DNA of 64,000 nucleotides from NCBI GenBank assembly GCA_019136655.1, contig JAGVTU010000024.1, positions 3,553 through 67,552 of the forward strand, written 5' to 3'. The position numbers and the translations under genes are program-made. The notes under the pieces are model-generated. The model was not told the origin of the DNA and made no database searches. It worked only from the letters and a program-made list of their open reading frames with translations. Source of the DNA: Bacteroidota bacterium (GTDB lineage: Bacteria > Bacteroidota > Bacteroidia > AKYH767-A > OLB10). This document shows, in pieces, positions 48,802 to 60,222 of the stretch. Each line of letters begins with the position of its first letter. The stretch's first letter is position 1.

Positions 48802-50007
48802 ATGAGCGAAGCATACATTGTTGATGGCATACGTACCCCTGTAGGAAATTATGGCGGTGCACTTTCATCGGTAAGACCTGATGATATGGCAGCACTCACC
48901 ATTAAAACTCTGCTCGACAGAAATCCTAATCTAAATCCAAAAATGATTGGTGATGTTATTTTGGGATGTGCAAATCAGGCCGGTGAAGACAACAGAGATG
49001 TTGCAAGAATGGCATTGCTGCTGGCAGGTCTTCCTGTTGATGTTCCTGGCGAAACAGTAAATCGTTTATGTGCTTCGGGAATGTCGGCAGCCATACAGGC
49101 TGCACGTGCACTTAAAACAGGTGATGCAGAAATTATGATTGCAGGAGGTGTTGAAAGTATGAGCCGTGCTCCTTATGTACTTTCAAAATCTGAAACACCT
49201 TTTGCACGAAATGTACAGATATTCGATACAAGTATTGGTTGGCGTTTTGTAAATCCAAAAATGAAAGAGCAGTATGGCACCGATTCAATGGGCGAAACTG
49301 CTGAAAATGTTGCTATGCAATTTTCAGTAAACAGAAATGATCAGGATGCCTTTGCTGTATTTTCTCAGCAGAAAGCAGCACGTGCACAACAAAACGGAAG
49401 ACTGGCAAAAGAAATAGTTCCTGTAATTATTCCTCAGAAAAAAGGAGAACCAAAACAGGTTACCGCTGATGAATTTATTAAACCTTCTACCACGATTGAA
49501 ACGCTTGCCAAATTGAAACCCACTTTCAGAAAAGATGGAACTGTTACGGCAGGAAATGCTTCAGGAGTAAATGACGGTGCATGCAGTCTGTTGATGGCTT
49601 CTGATATTGGTTTGAAAAATCATTCACTTAAACCTGTTGCACGAATTGTTGCATCGGCAGTTGTTGGTGTAGAACCTCGTATCATGGGCATTGGCCCTGT
49701 AAAAGCTGCACAAGCTGCGCTTCAAAAAGCAGGTTTGCAGTGGAAGGATATGGATATGATAGAACTGAATGAAGCGTTTGCTGCACAAAGTTTAGCCTGC
49801 ATAAGAGAATGGAAACTTGACGATAAAGATGAAAGGATAAACATCAACGGAGGAGCTATTGCTCTGGGTCATCCGTTAGGCATGTCGGGAGCGCGACTGT
49901 TGCTTACTGCTGCACTGGAGTTGCAGTTAACCGGTAAACGTTATGCTTTATGTACGATGTGTATTGGTGTCGGTCAGGGTTATGCAACCATCATTGAACG
50001 TTGCTGA
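48802..50007 (+). CDS. acetyl-CoA C-acyltransferase (3-ketoacyl-CoA thiolase, PcaF/PaaJ-like)
   Basis: Thiolase active-site Cys block ([11 protein letters not shown]) and C-terminal [19 protein letters not shown]...CIGVGQG, 401 aa. Confidence 0.9.
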   Translation: MSEAYIVDGIRTPVGNYGGALSSVRPDDMAALTIKTLLDRNPNLNPKMIGDVILGCANQAGEDNRDVARMALLLAGLPVDVPGETVNRLCASGMSAAIQAARALKTGDAEIMIAGGVESMSRAPYVLSKSETPFARNVQIFDTSIGWRFVNPKMKEQYGTDSMGETAENVAMQFSVNRNDQDAFAVFSQQKAARAQQNGRLAKEIVPVIIPQKKGEPKQVTADEFIKPSTTIETLAKLKPTFRKDGTVTAGNASGVNDGACSLLMASDIGLKNHSLKPVARIVASAVVGVEPRIMGIGPVKAAQAALQKAGLQWKDMDMIELNEAFAAQSLACIREWKLDDKDERININGGAIALGHPLGMSGARLLLTAALELQLTGKRYALCTMCIGVGQGYATIIERC

Positions 50008-50011
50008 AAAG

Positions 50012-50650
50012 TTACTTGCTTTTTTTTCTGAACAGCACTACCCTGCTTTCTGTTCTCTTTAAAAGTCTTTCAATATTTTTCTGATGTGTAACCAATACAA
50101 GTATTGGTACAGCCACAGCAAAAACGTTCATACTCGTCACCGTTTCATTTAATCCCAGCATCACTACAACCGGAAATGCCAGTGAAGCAGCTATCGAACC
50201 AAGAGAAACATATCTTGTAGTAAAGAATACAATTAGAAAAACAACCAAACAAACAACAGCGGCCGGAGGGTTTACTCCCCAAAGAATTCCAAGCAAGGTA
50301 GCCACCCCTTTGCCTCCGCGAAAACCGGCAAATACCGGAAAAATATGACCCAATAATGCAGCAACACCAAGTGTAAGTTTGAAATTGATAAACTGCTGTG
50401 TGGCAGGCATATAATCTCCGAAAAAAGTAGCTAACTGAACAGCAAGCCATCCCTTTGTAATGTCCATAATCAAAACCGGCACTCCTGCCTTAGGGCCTAA
50501 TACCCTGAATGTGTTGGTAGCACCAGCATTTCCACTGCCATATTCACGGACGTCTATGCCAAAAAACACCTTGCCTACCCACACTGCTGATGGCACCGAA
50601 CCTAACAAATATGCACATAACAGCAGGGTAATATTTTCCGCATTAATCAT
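50012..50650 (-). CDS. plsY: glycerol-3-phosphate acyltransferase PlsY
   Basis: YLLGSVPSA, GSGNAGATN and FAGFRGGKGVAT motifs, 212 aa, multi-TM. Confidence 0.9.
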   Translation of the reverse strand: MINAENITLLLCAYLLGSVPSAVWVGKVFFGIDVREYGSGNAGATNTFRVLGPKAGVPVLIMDITKGWLAVQLATFFGDYMPATQQFINFKLTLGVAALLGHIFPVFAGFRGGKGVATLLGILWGVNPPAAVVCLVVFLIVFFTTRYVSLGSIAASLAFPVVVMLGLNETVTSMNVFAVAVPILVLVTHQKNIERLLKRTESRVVLFRKKSK

Positions 50651-50716
50651 CCGTTACCAATTCAATTGATGCGCAAAGATATTTTTAATTCTGTAAAAAT
50701 TTTAGAAGTGAGGTTT

Positions 50717-51784
50717 TCAACCACCTCTGTGCACTGACGAAGTATATGTGCGCCATTTTTCAAGCATCTGCTGAAAATTATCAGGCAATGTTGCTTCAAA
50801 ATATTGTGGAACAGAATTATCAGGATGCAAAAAGCCCAGCGATTTGGCGTGCAAAGCCTGATAGGGCATCAGTTCAAAACAATTCTGAATAAATGACTTG
50901 TACTTGCTGCTGGTAGTTCCCTTAAGAATTTTATCTCCACCATATTCAAAATCACCAAATAAAGGATGACCGATGTGCTGCATATGTACACGAATCTGAT
51001 GTGTGCGACCGGTTTCCAGTTTTAATTTAATAAGGGTAACATAACCAAACCTTTCAATCACTTCATAATGTGTCACGGCATATTTTCCATGACTGCCATC
51101 CGTATATACATCCATCACTTTTCTATTCACAAGATTGCGACCTACATTACCTGTAATGGTTCCTTTCTCCTCTTTAAGATCGCCCCATGCAAGTGCAATA
51201 TAATTGCGTTCAATGGTGCGCTCATAAAATTGCATGGCCAGATAGTTTAATGCATCCTCACCTTTTGCTATCACCAAAAGGCCTGAAGTATTTTTATCAA
51301 TGCGATGAGGCAACCCCGGTTTAAAGTATTCCGATGGCAAAGCCTGACCTAAAAATTGAGGGTAAAAATGACCCGCCAATGCATTTGCCAGTGTACCTGT
51401 ATAATTTCCGTAAGCAGGATGCACTACCATACCAGCAGGTTTATTTACAACTATAAGCTGATCATCTTCATGGATAATATTTAAAGGAATATCCTCACAA
51501 ATTAAATCTAAGTCGCGGGCCGGATACGGCAGAACTATGCGAATTAAATCACCGGGCTTTATCTTATAATTTGCCTTTGTGGGCTGATCGTTAACTAAAA
51601 TATTTCCATTATCAATAGCTAACTGCAGTCTGTTGCGGGTAACATTTGCCATTTTAGCAGTCAGATATTTATCAATACGCAACTGCGCCTGCCCCTGATC
51701 TACCACCATCTTATAATGCTCGAACAGGTCGTCCTGCTCCTGATTATCCTTTAAACTGTCTTCTCTTTCTAATTCAGGTTTCAT
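50717..51784 (-). CDS. rluD: RluA-family pseudouridine synthase (RluD-like, S4 plus catalytic domain)
   Basis: S4 domain (LRIDKYLTAK...NRLQLAI) and catalytic HRIDKNTSGLLVIAK motif, 355 aa. Confidence 0.85.
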   Translation of the reverse strand: MKPELEREDSLKDNQEQDDLFEHYKMVVDQGQAQLRIDKYLTAKMANVTRNRLQLAIDNGNILVNDQPTKANYKIKPGDLIRIVLPYPARDLDLICEDIPLNIIHEDDQLIVVNKPAGMVVHPAYGNYTGTLANALAGHFYPQFLGQALPSEYFKPGLPHRIDKNTSGLLVIAKGEDALNYLAMQFYERTIERNYIALAWGDLKEEKGTITGNVGRNLVNRKVMDVYTDGSHGKYAVTHYEVIERFGYVTLIKLKLETGRTHQIRVHMQHIGHPLFGDFEYGGDKILKGTTSSKYKSFIQNCFELMPYQALHAKSLGFLHPDNSVPQYFEATLPDNFQQMLEKWRTYTSSVHRGG

Positions 51785-52089
51785 TTCATCTGCAAAATTA
51801 AAAAAACATCATCTGTTGTACTTGAAATTGCAAATTCATTACATCATTCTTTCATTTTATAAACCATTTGCAGGCTATTTTTTGACTCCCACCTCCTGAA
51901 TATATGAGGCGATTTCAGAGTGAGAGGTAATTCTATAACGAAAGTTTTGTAAGACTTATGCAAGTTAAGTAAAAAAACTATATCATAAATAACCCTGATT
52001 TCTTACAAAAGTTCATACACATTAAAGTGTAACCCACAAAATTATTCTGCCGTTATAGGCCATATACAAAATCATTAAGGAGAGATAGA

Positions 52090-52953
52090 ATGCGTCAGCT
52101 GAAAATTACCAAACAAGTCACCAACCGCGAAACTTATTCATTAGATAAATATCTAAGTGAAATAGGCAAACTGCCTTTGCTAACGGCAGAGCAGGAAGTG
52201 ATTTATGCAAGACGCATAAAAGAAGGAGATCATGCGGCACTTGAAATGCTTACCAAATCCAACCTTCGTTTTGTGGTTTCTGTAGCAAAGCAATATCAGA
52301 ATCAGGGACTCACACTTGGCGATTTGATTAACGAGGGCAATCTTGGATTAATTAAAGCTGCTTACCGTTTTGACGAAACCCGCGGATTCAAGTTCATATC
52401 TTATGCAGTATGGTGGATTCGCCAAAGTATTTTGCAGGCAATTTCAGAGCAGGCACGTATTGTCCGTCTGCCGGTAAATAAACTTGGTTTTATAAATAAA
52501 ATCAACAAAACATACGCTCAGCTCGAACAGGATTTTGAACGCGAACCTTCCAACGAGGAAATTGCACTGGTATTAAAACTGAATATTGATGAGATAAACG
52601 ACACCATGCGCTCAGCAGGAAAACATATTTCTATGGATGCTCCACTGTTGCAAGGTGAAGACGGCAGTTTGCTGGACCTCATCCCTACAGAAGAGAATCA
52701 AAGCCCGGAAAACACATTGATGAGTGAATCGCTTAAAAGAGAAATTGAAAGGGCGCTCACAACTCTTACTCCACGTGAGGCTGATGTTATACGCCTCTAT
52801 TTTGGTCTTACTCCTGAACCTGCTATGACGCTGGAAGAAATTGGCGAACGTTTTGAACTTACACGCGAGCGTGTGCGCCAGATTAAAGAAAAAGCAATCA
52901 GAAGACTTAAACATACTTCGAGAAGTAAAATTCTCAAAGCTTACTTAGGATGA
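52090..52953 (+). CDS. rpoD: RNA polymerase sigma factor RpoD/SigA (Bacteroidota short form)
   Basis: Regions 2-4 conserved ([18 protein letters not shown]..., [30 protein letters not shown]). 287 aa with no region 1.1, as is typical for Bacteroidota SigA. Confidence 0.92.
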   Translation: MRQLKITKQVTNRETYSLDKYLSEIGKLPLLTAEQEVIYARRIKEGDHAALEMLTKSNLRFVVSVAKQYQNQGLTLGDLINEGNLGLIKAAYRFDETRGFKFISYAVWWIRQSILQAISEQARIVRLPVNKLGFINKINKTYAQLEQDFEREPSNEEIALVLKLNIDEINDTMRSAGKHISMDAPLLQGEDGSLLDLIPTEENQSPENTLMSESLKREIERALTTLTPREADVIRLYFGLTPEPAMTLEEIGERFELTRERVRQIKEKAIRRLKHTSRSKILKAYLG

Positions 52954-52982
52954 TTTTTTTCATGGTATATGGTTAGCGACTA

Positions 52983-53012
52983 ACTGCCCGGAATCCGGGC
53001 AGTTTCGTTTTT
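52983..53012 (+). terminator. rho-independent terminator after rpoD
   Basis: 9-bp GC-rich stem ACTGCCCGG-AAT-CCGGGCAGT followed by TTCGTTTTT. Confidence 0.75.
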
Positions 53013-53141
53013 ATACATCCCTTCAATCCATAAGAACCGTAAGGCAACAGAATTTAAAATCATACAACTTTGATATGATATTTTTTTTCTATTTTGGCGA
53101 CCTTAACTTTCAATACTTAATCAACTAAATCATACTGAATT

Positions 53142-53858
53142 ATGGCTTACGAATTTTACGATGCAACCATTATTGATATCATAGACGAGAATGATGTGGT
53201 AAAACGGTTTTTTATAAAAGTTCCTGATGAAAGACCTTTTTCATTTAAAGCCGGACAATTTGTGATGGTTGATTTACCCATTGACTCAAAATATACTAAC
53301 CGCAGCTACTCTATTGCCTCTGCACCAAGTAATGATAATATTTTTGAATTATGTATTGTTCTTAACCCTAAAGGTTTGGGAACACCATATATGTGGGAAA
53401 ATTATAAAGTAGGCACTACTGTAAAGCTGTCACGTGTATTAGGCAAATTTCAGGTACAGGAGCCTATAGAAACCGATTTGTGTTTCATCTGCACCGGAAC
53501 AGGAATTGCACCTTTACGTTCTCAGGTAGTAGATATATTGAAAAGAGGTATTCCTCATAAAAACTTATACATGGTATTCGGCAACCGCTGGATAAAGGAT
53601 ATTCTTTATCGTGAGGAAATGGAGCAACTGGAGCGAGATCATCCCGAATTTAAATTTATACCTGTTTTGTCGCGTGACAACGAAGGATGGACAGGCCGTA
53701 AAGGTTACGTACATGCCATTTACGAAGAAATTTTTGCAGACAAACGCCCGGCCAAATTCTACTTATGCGGCTGGACCGACATGCTTAAAGAAGCACGCCA
53801 ACGCATTGAGGCTATGGGCTATGATAAAAAGTCAATTAAGTTTGAACTTTACGATTAA
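53142..53858 (+). CDS. ferredoxin-NADP+ reductase-like FAD/NAD(P)-binding oxidoreductase
   Basis: FAD-binding RSYSIAS motif, NAD-binding CTGTGIAP and C-terminal YLCG, 238 aa. Confidence 0.8.
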   Translation: MAYEFYDATIIDIIDENDVVKRFFIKVPDERPFSFKAGQFVMVDLPIDSKYTNRSYSIASAPSNDNIFELCIVLNPKGLGTPYMWENYKVGTTVKLSRVLGKFQVQEPIETDLCFICTGTGIAPLRSQVVDILKRGIPHKNLYMVFGNRWIKDILYREEMEQLERDHPEFKFIPVLSRDNEGWTGRKGYVHAIYEEIFADKRPAKFYLCGWTDMLKEARQRIEAMGYDKKSIKFELYD

Positions 53859-54017
53859 TAATTAGCAGATAGCTTTTGCTATTTATCTACTTATCTGCTA
53901 AGTATCAATTTCCTTTTCTTTCATTATTGATTCATAACGAGGTGGTTATTTTAGCCCGCCTCTACAAAATAACTATTTTTTATATTTGCACCTCCTAAAA
54001 AATTGAAGTCAATTATC

Positions 54018-56027
54018 ATGAACAAAAGACTATTATGCGCAGTGCTTATAACAGGCATGTTTTTGAATGCATGGGCGCAACCGAAAAACCAAAAAAATAC
54101 AAAGGCTGTAAAAACAACAACCACTACCGAAAATAGTATGGTTAATGATCCTGTTTTGGTAACCATTGCAGGCATGTCTGTAACCAAATCAGAATTCGAA
54201 AGAGTTTATTATAAAAACAACAACAAGGCTACTGCTGATGATGAAAAATCCATTCGTGATTACATGGAACTTTTTATCAATTATAAATTAAAAGTAAAAG
54301 AGGCAGAGGCTTTGAAGATGGACACTTCCAAAGCTTTTACTGATGAATTAGTTGGTTACCGTAAGCAATTAGCTCAACCCTATCTTACCGATCAGAATGT
54401 AAATGACAACCTCATCCGCGAAGCATACGACCGTTTGCAGAAAGATGTGAGAGCAAGTCATATTCTGATAAAAGTTAGTCAGGATGCATTACCTAAGGAT
54501 ACGCTTGCTGCATACAACCGCACCATGAAAATCAGAGAGCGACTGATGAAAGGAGCTGACTTTGCTACAATGGCCCGCGACAGTTCAGAGGATCCTTCTG
54601 CCAAAGAGAATGGAGGCGATTTGGGTTATTTCACCGGACTGCAAATGGTATATCCTTTTGAAACTGCAGCATACAATACCAAACCGGGCCAAATTTCAAT
54701 GCCTGTAAGAACACGGTTCGGATATCATTTGATTAAAGTTGCTGATGTACGAAATGCTGTTGGTGAAATTCAGACAGCACATATTATGATCCGTTTAAAT
54801 GTCAATGATTCAGACTCAGCAAAAAATGAAGCAAAGAGAAAAGCATTTGAGATTTATAGCAAACTGAAAGCCGGAGAAAAATTTGAAGATCTTGCCAAAC
54901 AATATTCTGAAGACAAAGGTACTGCCATGAATGGTGGTGTACTTCCATGGTTTGGTACAGGAAAAATGGTACCTGAATTTGAAAGAGCTGCATTTGCCTT
55001 AGCTAAAGATGGCGATTATACTGAGCCTGTTCAAACTCCTTATGGATGGCATATCATCAAGCGACTGGAGAAACGCGGAATTCCTTCTTTTGAAGATAAA
55101 AAGAATGAAATTAAAAATCAGATAATGCGCGACAGCCGAAGCGAATTGGGAAAAGCTTCACTTGTTGCACGCATTAAGAGTGAAAATGGCTTCAAAGAAA
55201 ATATAGCTGCAAAGGATGAGTTTATTAAATCACTCGATTCAACCCTTGCCAATGGCACTTTCAACGACTCAGTGGCACTGAAGAAAAACAAAACACTGTT
55301 TACACTTGGTGGCAAAAATTATACAACATTTGATTTCGCAGAGTTTCTTGCTAAACATCAGACCAAACGTACCGGAATTTCTTCTCAGGCAATTGCTCAT
55401 TCTCAATACGACCATTTTGTTGATGAAACAAGCATTAATCTTGAAGAATCAATGTTGGACAAGAAATATCCTGAATTTCATTCCCTCATGAATGAATATC
55501 GTGATGGCATTTTATTATTCGACCTGACTGATAAAATGGTTTGGAGCAAAGCAGTTAAAGACACCACAGGACTTGAAAATTTTTATGAGAAGAATAAAAA
55601 CAACTACATGTGGGGTGAGCGTCTTGATGCTGTAATTTATTCCTGCAAAAACAGTGATGTGGCATCTCAGGCAAGAAAGCTTATTAAAAAGAAAAAATCA
55701 GACAGTGAAATAGCTGCAACACTCAATAAAGATTCTTCTCTGAATATCAATATCAAAGACGGTAAGTTTTCAAAAGGTGATAATGAATATATTGATGAAA
55801 TTGCATGGGTTCCCGGCTTATGTAATGACATCACTAAAAACAATCAGGTAGTATTTGTTAAAGTAAATACAAAACTGGATCCGCAGGCAAAAAAATTAGA
55901 TGAAGCACGCGGACTTATAACTGCTGATTACCAAAACTTCCTTGAGAAAACCTGGATTAATGAATTGCGAAGTAAATACTCTTTTAAAGTGAATGAAGAC
56001 GTATTGAAAACGCTATTCCAAAAATAA
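54018..56027 (+). CDS. peptidyl-prolyl cis-trans isomerase, SurA/PpiC family (two parvulin domains)
   Basis: Signal peptide, SurA-N-like region, two parvulin domains (RASHILIKV...GGDLGYF...GYHLIKV and TAHIMIRL...GGVLPWF...GWHIIKR), 670 aa. ATG at 54018; the ORF track begins at a TTG at 54003. Confidence 0.8.
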   Translation: MNKRLLCAVLITGMFLNAWAQPKNQKNTKAVKTTTTTENSMVNDPVLVTIAGMSVTKSEFERVYYKNNNKATADDEKSIRDYMELFINYKLKVKEAEALKMDTSKAFTDELVGYRKQLAQPYLTDQNVNDNLIREAYDRLQKDVRASHILIKVSQDALPKDTLAAYNRTMKIRERLMKGADFATMARDSSEDPSAKENGGDLGYFTGLQMVYPFETAAYNTKPGQISMPVRTRFGYHLIKVADVRNAVGEIQTAHIMIRLNVNDSDSAKNEAKRKAFEIYSKLKAGEKFEDLAKQYSEDKGTAMNGGVLPWFGTGKMVPEFERAAFALAKDGDYTEPVQTPYGWHIIKRLEKRGIPSFEDKKNEIKNQIMRDSRSELGKASLVARIKSENGFKENIAAKDEFIKSLDSTLANGTFNDSVALKKNKTLFTLGGKNYTTFDFAEFLAKHQTKRTGISSQAIAHSQYDHFVDETSINLEESMLDKKYPEFHSLMNEYRDGILLFDLTDKMVWSKAVKDTTGLENFYEKNKNNYMWGERLDAVIYSCKNSDVASQARKLIKKKKSDSEIAATLNKDSSLNINIKDGKFSKGDNEYIDEIAWVPGLCNDITKNNQVVFVKVNTKLDPQAKKLDEARGLITADYQNFLEKTWINELRSKYSFKVNEDVLKTLFQK

Positions 56028-56037
56028 TGAGCTGAAG

Positions 56038-56925
56038 TTGAAATCTCTGAAAATAAAAAGTAATTCCGGAATGCTGCTGGCATTAGCCGGAATTGCTTTT
56101 TTATGCAGTTGCAATAACATCAATCTGGACTTTGAAAGCAGGAGCAAAAAAAAGAATGTAGTTGCAAGAGTTTATGATAAATATCTTTATACAACAGATA
56201 TTCAAGGCCTGGTTTCAAAAGATGCATCACCTCAGGATAGTGCCTTAATAGTTAAAAGCTACATTGACGACTGGATTAAGCAGAATATCATATTGCATTT
56301 AGCAGAAATCAATTTGCCTGAAGAACAAAAAAACGTAGAGAGGCAATTGCAGGAATACCGCAACTCACTCATTACATTTGCTTACGAACAAGAATTGGTG
56401 CGTCAACGACTGGACACCACAGTAACAGATGAGGAAATTGAAAAATATTATAATGAAAACAGTAGAAATTTCGTTCTTAAAAGTAATATTATCAAAGGAA
56501 TATTTGTAAAAGCTGCGAAGAAAACTCCTAAGGTGGATAAGGTGAAAGGATGGTTGCGTTCATCAAAAGAAAAAGACCGGCAGCAATTAGAGGATTTTTG
56601 CTATCAGTATGCCCTGGATTACTCGCTTAACGATAATGACTGGATGCAGTTTGATGATCTGCTGAAAAGGGTTCCCATAAAAACGTATGATAAAGAAGAG
56701 TTTCTGCGCAACAATCGTTTTATAGAAATTACTGACTCTGTCAATGTTTATTATGTGTCCATATTAGGATTTCAGACCAGTGAGAGCAATTCTCCTTTGA
56801 ATTTTGTAAAGGAAACTATTCGCGAATTAATAATAAACAAACGAAAACTAATGCTGATAGAAGAAATGCAGAAATCAGCATTTAAGCAAGCACAACAAAA
56901 CAATGAATTTGAAATATATCAATAA
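56038..56925 (+). CDS. SurA-N-domain-like lipoprotein (PPIase-associated chaperone, no parvulin domain)
   Basis: Lipoprotein signal (AGIAFLCSCNN), helical chaperone-like domain, 295 aa. Overlaps the next SurA gene by 23 nt. Confidence 0.5.
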   Translation: MKSLKIKSNSGMLLALAGIAFLCSCNNINLDFESRSKKKNVVARVYDKYLYTTDIQGLVSKDASPQDSALIVKSYIDDWIKQNIILHLAEINLPEEQKNVERQLQEYRNSLITFAYEQELVRQRLDTTVTDEEIEKYYNENSRNFVLKSNIIKGIFVKAAKKTPKVDKVKGWLRSSKEKDRQQLEDFCYQYALDYSLNDNDWMQFDDLLKRVPIKTYDKEEFLRNNRFIEITDSVNVYYVSILGFQTSESNSPLNFVKETIRELIINKRKLMLIEEMQKSAFKQAQQNNEFEIYQ

Positions 56926-58261
56926 AACCATCCTTACCATAACATTAGCCATTAGCTGCTTTATGTCAAATGCACAGCAGTCAGGCGCTGTAATTGATCA
57001 GGTAATTGGAGTCATAGGAAATAAGATAGTAACACTCTCTGACCTTGAAACGCAGTATGAGCAATTTCTTGCACAGGGAAACTATGCCAGCGAAAGTGCC
57101 CGATGCGATGCAATGGATCAACTTATGCTGACTCGCTTGTTGGTGCACTATGCCATTATTGACAGTGTAATGGTGAGTGATGCTCAGGTTGAAGGTGAAA
57201 TTGAAAAACGCATAGCGTACTTTACAGAACAGTTTGGCGGTTCAACAGAAAAACTGGAAGCGTACTATCAAAAATCCATCCCTGAAATCAAAGACGAATT
57301 TAAGCCCCTGATTAAAGAGCAAATGCAGGCACAGGCTATGCAACAGAAAATTGTTGGTAAAGCTTCTGCCTCCCCTGCTGATGTAAGAGATTATTTCAAC
57401 AGCATACCCAAAGACAGTTTGCCTTTTATCAACTCCGAAATAGAATACGCAGAAATTGCTTTTAAAATTAAAATTTCAGAGGAGGAAAAAAACAGCGTAA
57501 AGGCACGTTTGGAAGAAATTCGTAACCGGTTGCTTAAAGGAGAAGACTTTGCAACATTAGCCATCTTGTACTCGCAGGATGCAGGCTCGGCCAAGCAAGG
57601 TGGAGAACTGGGATTTGTGCCACGAGGACAACTGGTGCCCGAGTTTGAAGCCATTGCTTATAAACTTAAGAAAGGTGAAATATCACAGGTGTTTGAATCC
57701 AAATATGGATTTCATATTGTACAACTCATAGACCGCAGAGGAGAGTCAATTAATGTTAGACACATTTTATTAAAACCTGAAGTAAATAATGAAGACCTTT
57801 TGCGCACCAAAGCACTTTCTGACAGCGTAGCTTTCATGATTCGTGACAATCAAATCAGCTTTGAGGATGCTGCCATTAAATATTCAGATGCTGAAGACAC
57901 ACGAAGCAACGGAGGAAATGTAATGAACAATGCAACCGGCAACACACGCTTTGAAGCCAATCAGATTGATGCAATGGTGTTTTTTCAGTTAGACAAAATT
58001 CAGGAAGGAGAAATCAGTAATCCTGCACTGATAACAACAAGAGATGGTTCGCAGTACTACAAAATATTTTTACTCAAACGCAGAACAAAACCTCATGTGG
58101 CCAACCTGACCGATGACTATCAACGCATACAGCTGGCTACCATGCAACACAAACAGGCAAAACTGATGGATGAATGGATTGTGCGTAAGAAAAAATCAAC
58201 CTACATTCGTCTCAATCCGGAGTACATGTCGTGTGATGAGTTAAAAAAATGGGTGAATTAG
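56903..58261 (+). CDS. surA: peptidyl-prolyl cis-trans isomerase SurA
   Basis: Signal peptide, SurA N domain, two parvulin domains (GGELGFV...GFHIVQL and RHILLKP...), 452 aa. Confidence 0.8.
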   Translation: MNLKYINKTILTITLAISCFMSNAQQSGAVIDQVIGVIGNKIVTLSDLETQYEQFLAQGNYASESARCDAMDQLMLTRLLVHYAIIDSVMVSDAQVEGEIEKRIAYFTEQFGGSTEKLEAYYQKSIPEIKDEFKPLIKEQMQAQAMQQKIVGKASASPADVRDYFNSIPKDSLPFINSEIEYAEIAFKIKISEEEKNSVKARLEEIRNRLLKGEDFATLAILYSQDAGSAKQGGELGFVPRGQLVPEFEAIAYKLKKGEISQVFESKYGFHIVQLIDRRGESINVRHILLKPEVNNEDLLRTKALSDSVAFMIRDNQISFEDAAIKYSDAEDTRSNGGNVMNNATGNTRFEANQIDAMVFFQLDKIQEGEISNPALITTRDGSQYYKIFLLKRRTKPHVANLTDDYQRIQLATMQHKQAKLMDEWIVRKKKSTYIRLNPEYMSCDELKKWVN

Positions 58262-58294
58262 TCTCTAATAAATCAGAATAAGAAATCAGGAATT

Positions 58295-59263
58295 ATGAAT
58301 CAAAATTTTTCATCAGATGTAGAAGCTGTTCAGAGTTTAGTGAGCAGCTATAGCAAACTTCGTAAAGAAATTGGAAAAGTAATTGTCGGTCAGGATGAAG
58401 TAGTTCGTGATGTACTTATTTCCATTTTCAGCCGCGGACATTGTTTGCTGGTAGGTGTTCCGGGACTTGCAAAAACACTTTTGGTAAATACCATATCACA
58501 AGTGCTTGGATTAACGTTCAGCCGAATCCAGTTTACTCCCGATCTGATGCCAAGTGATATTACCGGTATTGAAATTTTAGATGAAAACCGTCATTTTAAG
58601 TTTATAAAAGGACCGATATTCGCACATATCATTTTAGCTGACGAAATAAACCGCACTCCTCCTAAAACACAGGCTGCTCTGCTTGAAGCCATGCAGGAAC
58701 GTTCGGTTACAGTTTCAGGCAAAAGATATGCGCTCGACAATCCATTCTTTGTACTTGCAACTCAAAACCCAATAGAACAGGAAGGAACCTATCCCCTGCC
58801 TGAAGCACAGCTCGACCGATTTATGTTTAACGTGTTTCTCGACTATCCTTCTTTTGAAGAAGAAATAATGGTGGTAAAAAACACAACAGGAGAAATAACC
58901 GGTGTGGCAGAAAAAGTGCTTGACGAAAAAGAAATTATCAACTATCAGCAACTGATACGTAAAATACCTGTTCCGGATAACGTATTGAATTATGCAGTAG
59001 GACTTACTGCCAAAACACGTCCGGGCACTAACAACAAAACTGCTGTTGTGAACGATTACATTGCATGGGGCGCAGGACCTCGTGCATCACAATTTCTTGT
59101 TATCGGAGCCAAATGCCATGCAGCAATAAATGGTAAATTTTCGCCTGACATTGAAGATGTAAAAGCAGTAGCTGTGCCTATACTTCGACATCGCCTGGTA
59201 CGTAACTACAAGGCAGAAGCCGATGGTGTTCCTATTGAAAAAATTATAGGTGAGTTACTATAA
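58295..59263 (+). CDS. MoxR-family AAA+ ATPase
   Basis: Walker A GVPGLAKT, Walker B ILADEINR and a MoxR-type C-terminal lid, 322 aa. Confidence 0.9.
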   Translation: MNQNFSSDVEAVQSLVSSYSKLRKEIGKVIVGQDEVVRDVLISIFSRGHCLLVGVPGLAKTLLVNTISQVLGLTFSRIQFTPDLMPSDITGIEILDENRHFKFIKGPIFAHIILADEINRTPPKTQAALLEAMQERSVTVSGKRYALDNPFFVLATQNPIEQEGTYPLPEAQLDRFMFNVFLDYPSFEEEIMVVKNTTGEITGVAEKVLDEKEIINYQQLIRKIPVPDNVLNYAVGLTAKTRPGTNNKTAVVNDYIAWGAGPRASQFLVIGAKCHAAINGKFSPDIEDVKAVAVPILRHRLVRNYKAEADGVPIEKIIGELL

Positions 59264-59339
59264 TTATTTTTTACGATAGATTATTTACACCAACTTATTT
59301 ATGCTCTGCAACTACACTTATAAACCTGAATAAATCACA

Positions 59340-59918
59340 ATGTTTAAAAAAATATTTTTTGGATTACTGCTCATCATACTCCTGCTTGGAATAGGATCAC
59401 TGTTTATTTCCAATACACACCACATTGAAAGATCAACCTATATTAAGGCATCACCCAAAATAATTTTTAATGAGTTGAATACTCTGAGCAGTTGGGAAAA
59501 ATGGAATACGTGGTTAAAAATGGATACCACTATGAAAATTTCTTATAACGAAATTAAGTCAGGATTAGGGTCTGAGTTGTTATGGACTTCATCAAATCAG
59601 AATGTAGGCAACGGAACCATGACCATAACCAAGAGTGAACCCGATAATTTGGTGGAAACAGAATTGAATTTTAATGGCAAGGGAAAAGGAATAAATGGTT
59701 TCAGGCTTGAGCCTGCCGGTGACAGTTCCAAACTTACCACCTATTTTACGAGTGATATGGGATGGAATCCGGTATTCAAATATCTTTCATTAATGTCGAA
59801 AAAAGCGATGATAGAAATGACGGATAACGGACTGAAGTCTATCAAAGACTACATTGAACAAATGACGCTGAGTGCAACTCCTGAAACCAAGATTGACCAT
59901 GTGGGAAATAAGGAATAG
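59340..59918 (+). CDS. SRPBCC (polyketide cyclase/dehydrase-like) family protein
   Basis: N-terminal TM/signal region followed by an SRPBCC-like fold (IERSTYIKASPKIIFNELNTLSSWEKWNTW), 192 aa. Confidence 0.55.
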   Translation: MFKKIFFGLLLIILLLGIGSLFISNTHHIERSTYIKASPKIIFNELNTLSSWEKWNTWLKMDTTMKISYNEIKSGLGSELLWTSSNQNVGNGTMTITKSEPDNLVETELNFNGKGKGINGFRLEPAGDSSKLTTYFTSDMGWNPVFKYLSLMSKKAMIEMTDNGLKSIKDYIEQMTLSATPETKIDHVGNKE

Positions 59919-60222
59919 GTACCCTGTCTTGCAGTTCACGTTATTGCATCTGCTGATAAGATGTGCGGTATTCTTGGTTCTGCCAACAAACTAAGGAATA
60001 TATAAGAAATAATAAATTAGTGATTGCCGGGCCTCCTGTGGAAGTTTTTGTTACCAACCCTACTGTTGAAAAGGATGTTTCGAAGTGGGAAACAGATATT
60101 TATTATCCTATCCAATAAGCTTATTGTCAGTCCGAAATTCATTAAGGCTGATAAAAAACTGACTACCTAACCTACAAATACAGGTTTAGCAGCAATTGTT
60201 GAAGGAAAAAACCTCCAAATAT

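Noticed and set aside
51785-52089. Possible sRNA or riboswitch in the 305-nt region upstream of rpoD
   Set aside because: No convincing conserved structure or promoter box could be identified by eye. Long AT-rich leaders upstream of rpoD are common. Left unannotated.
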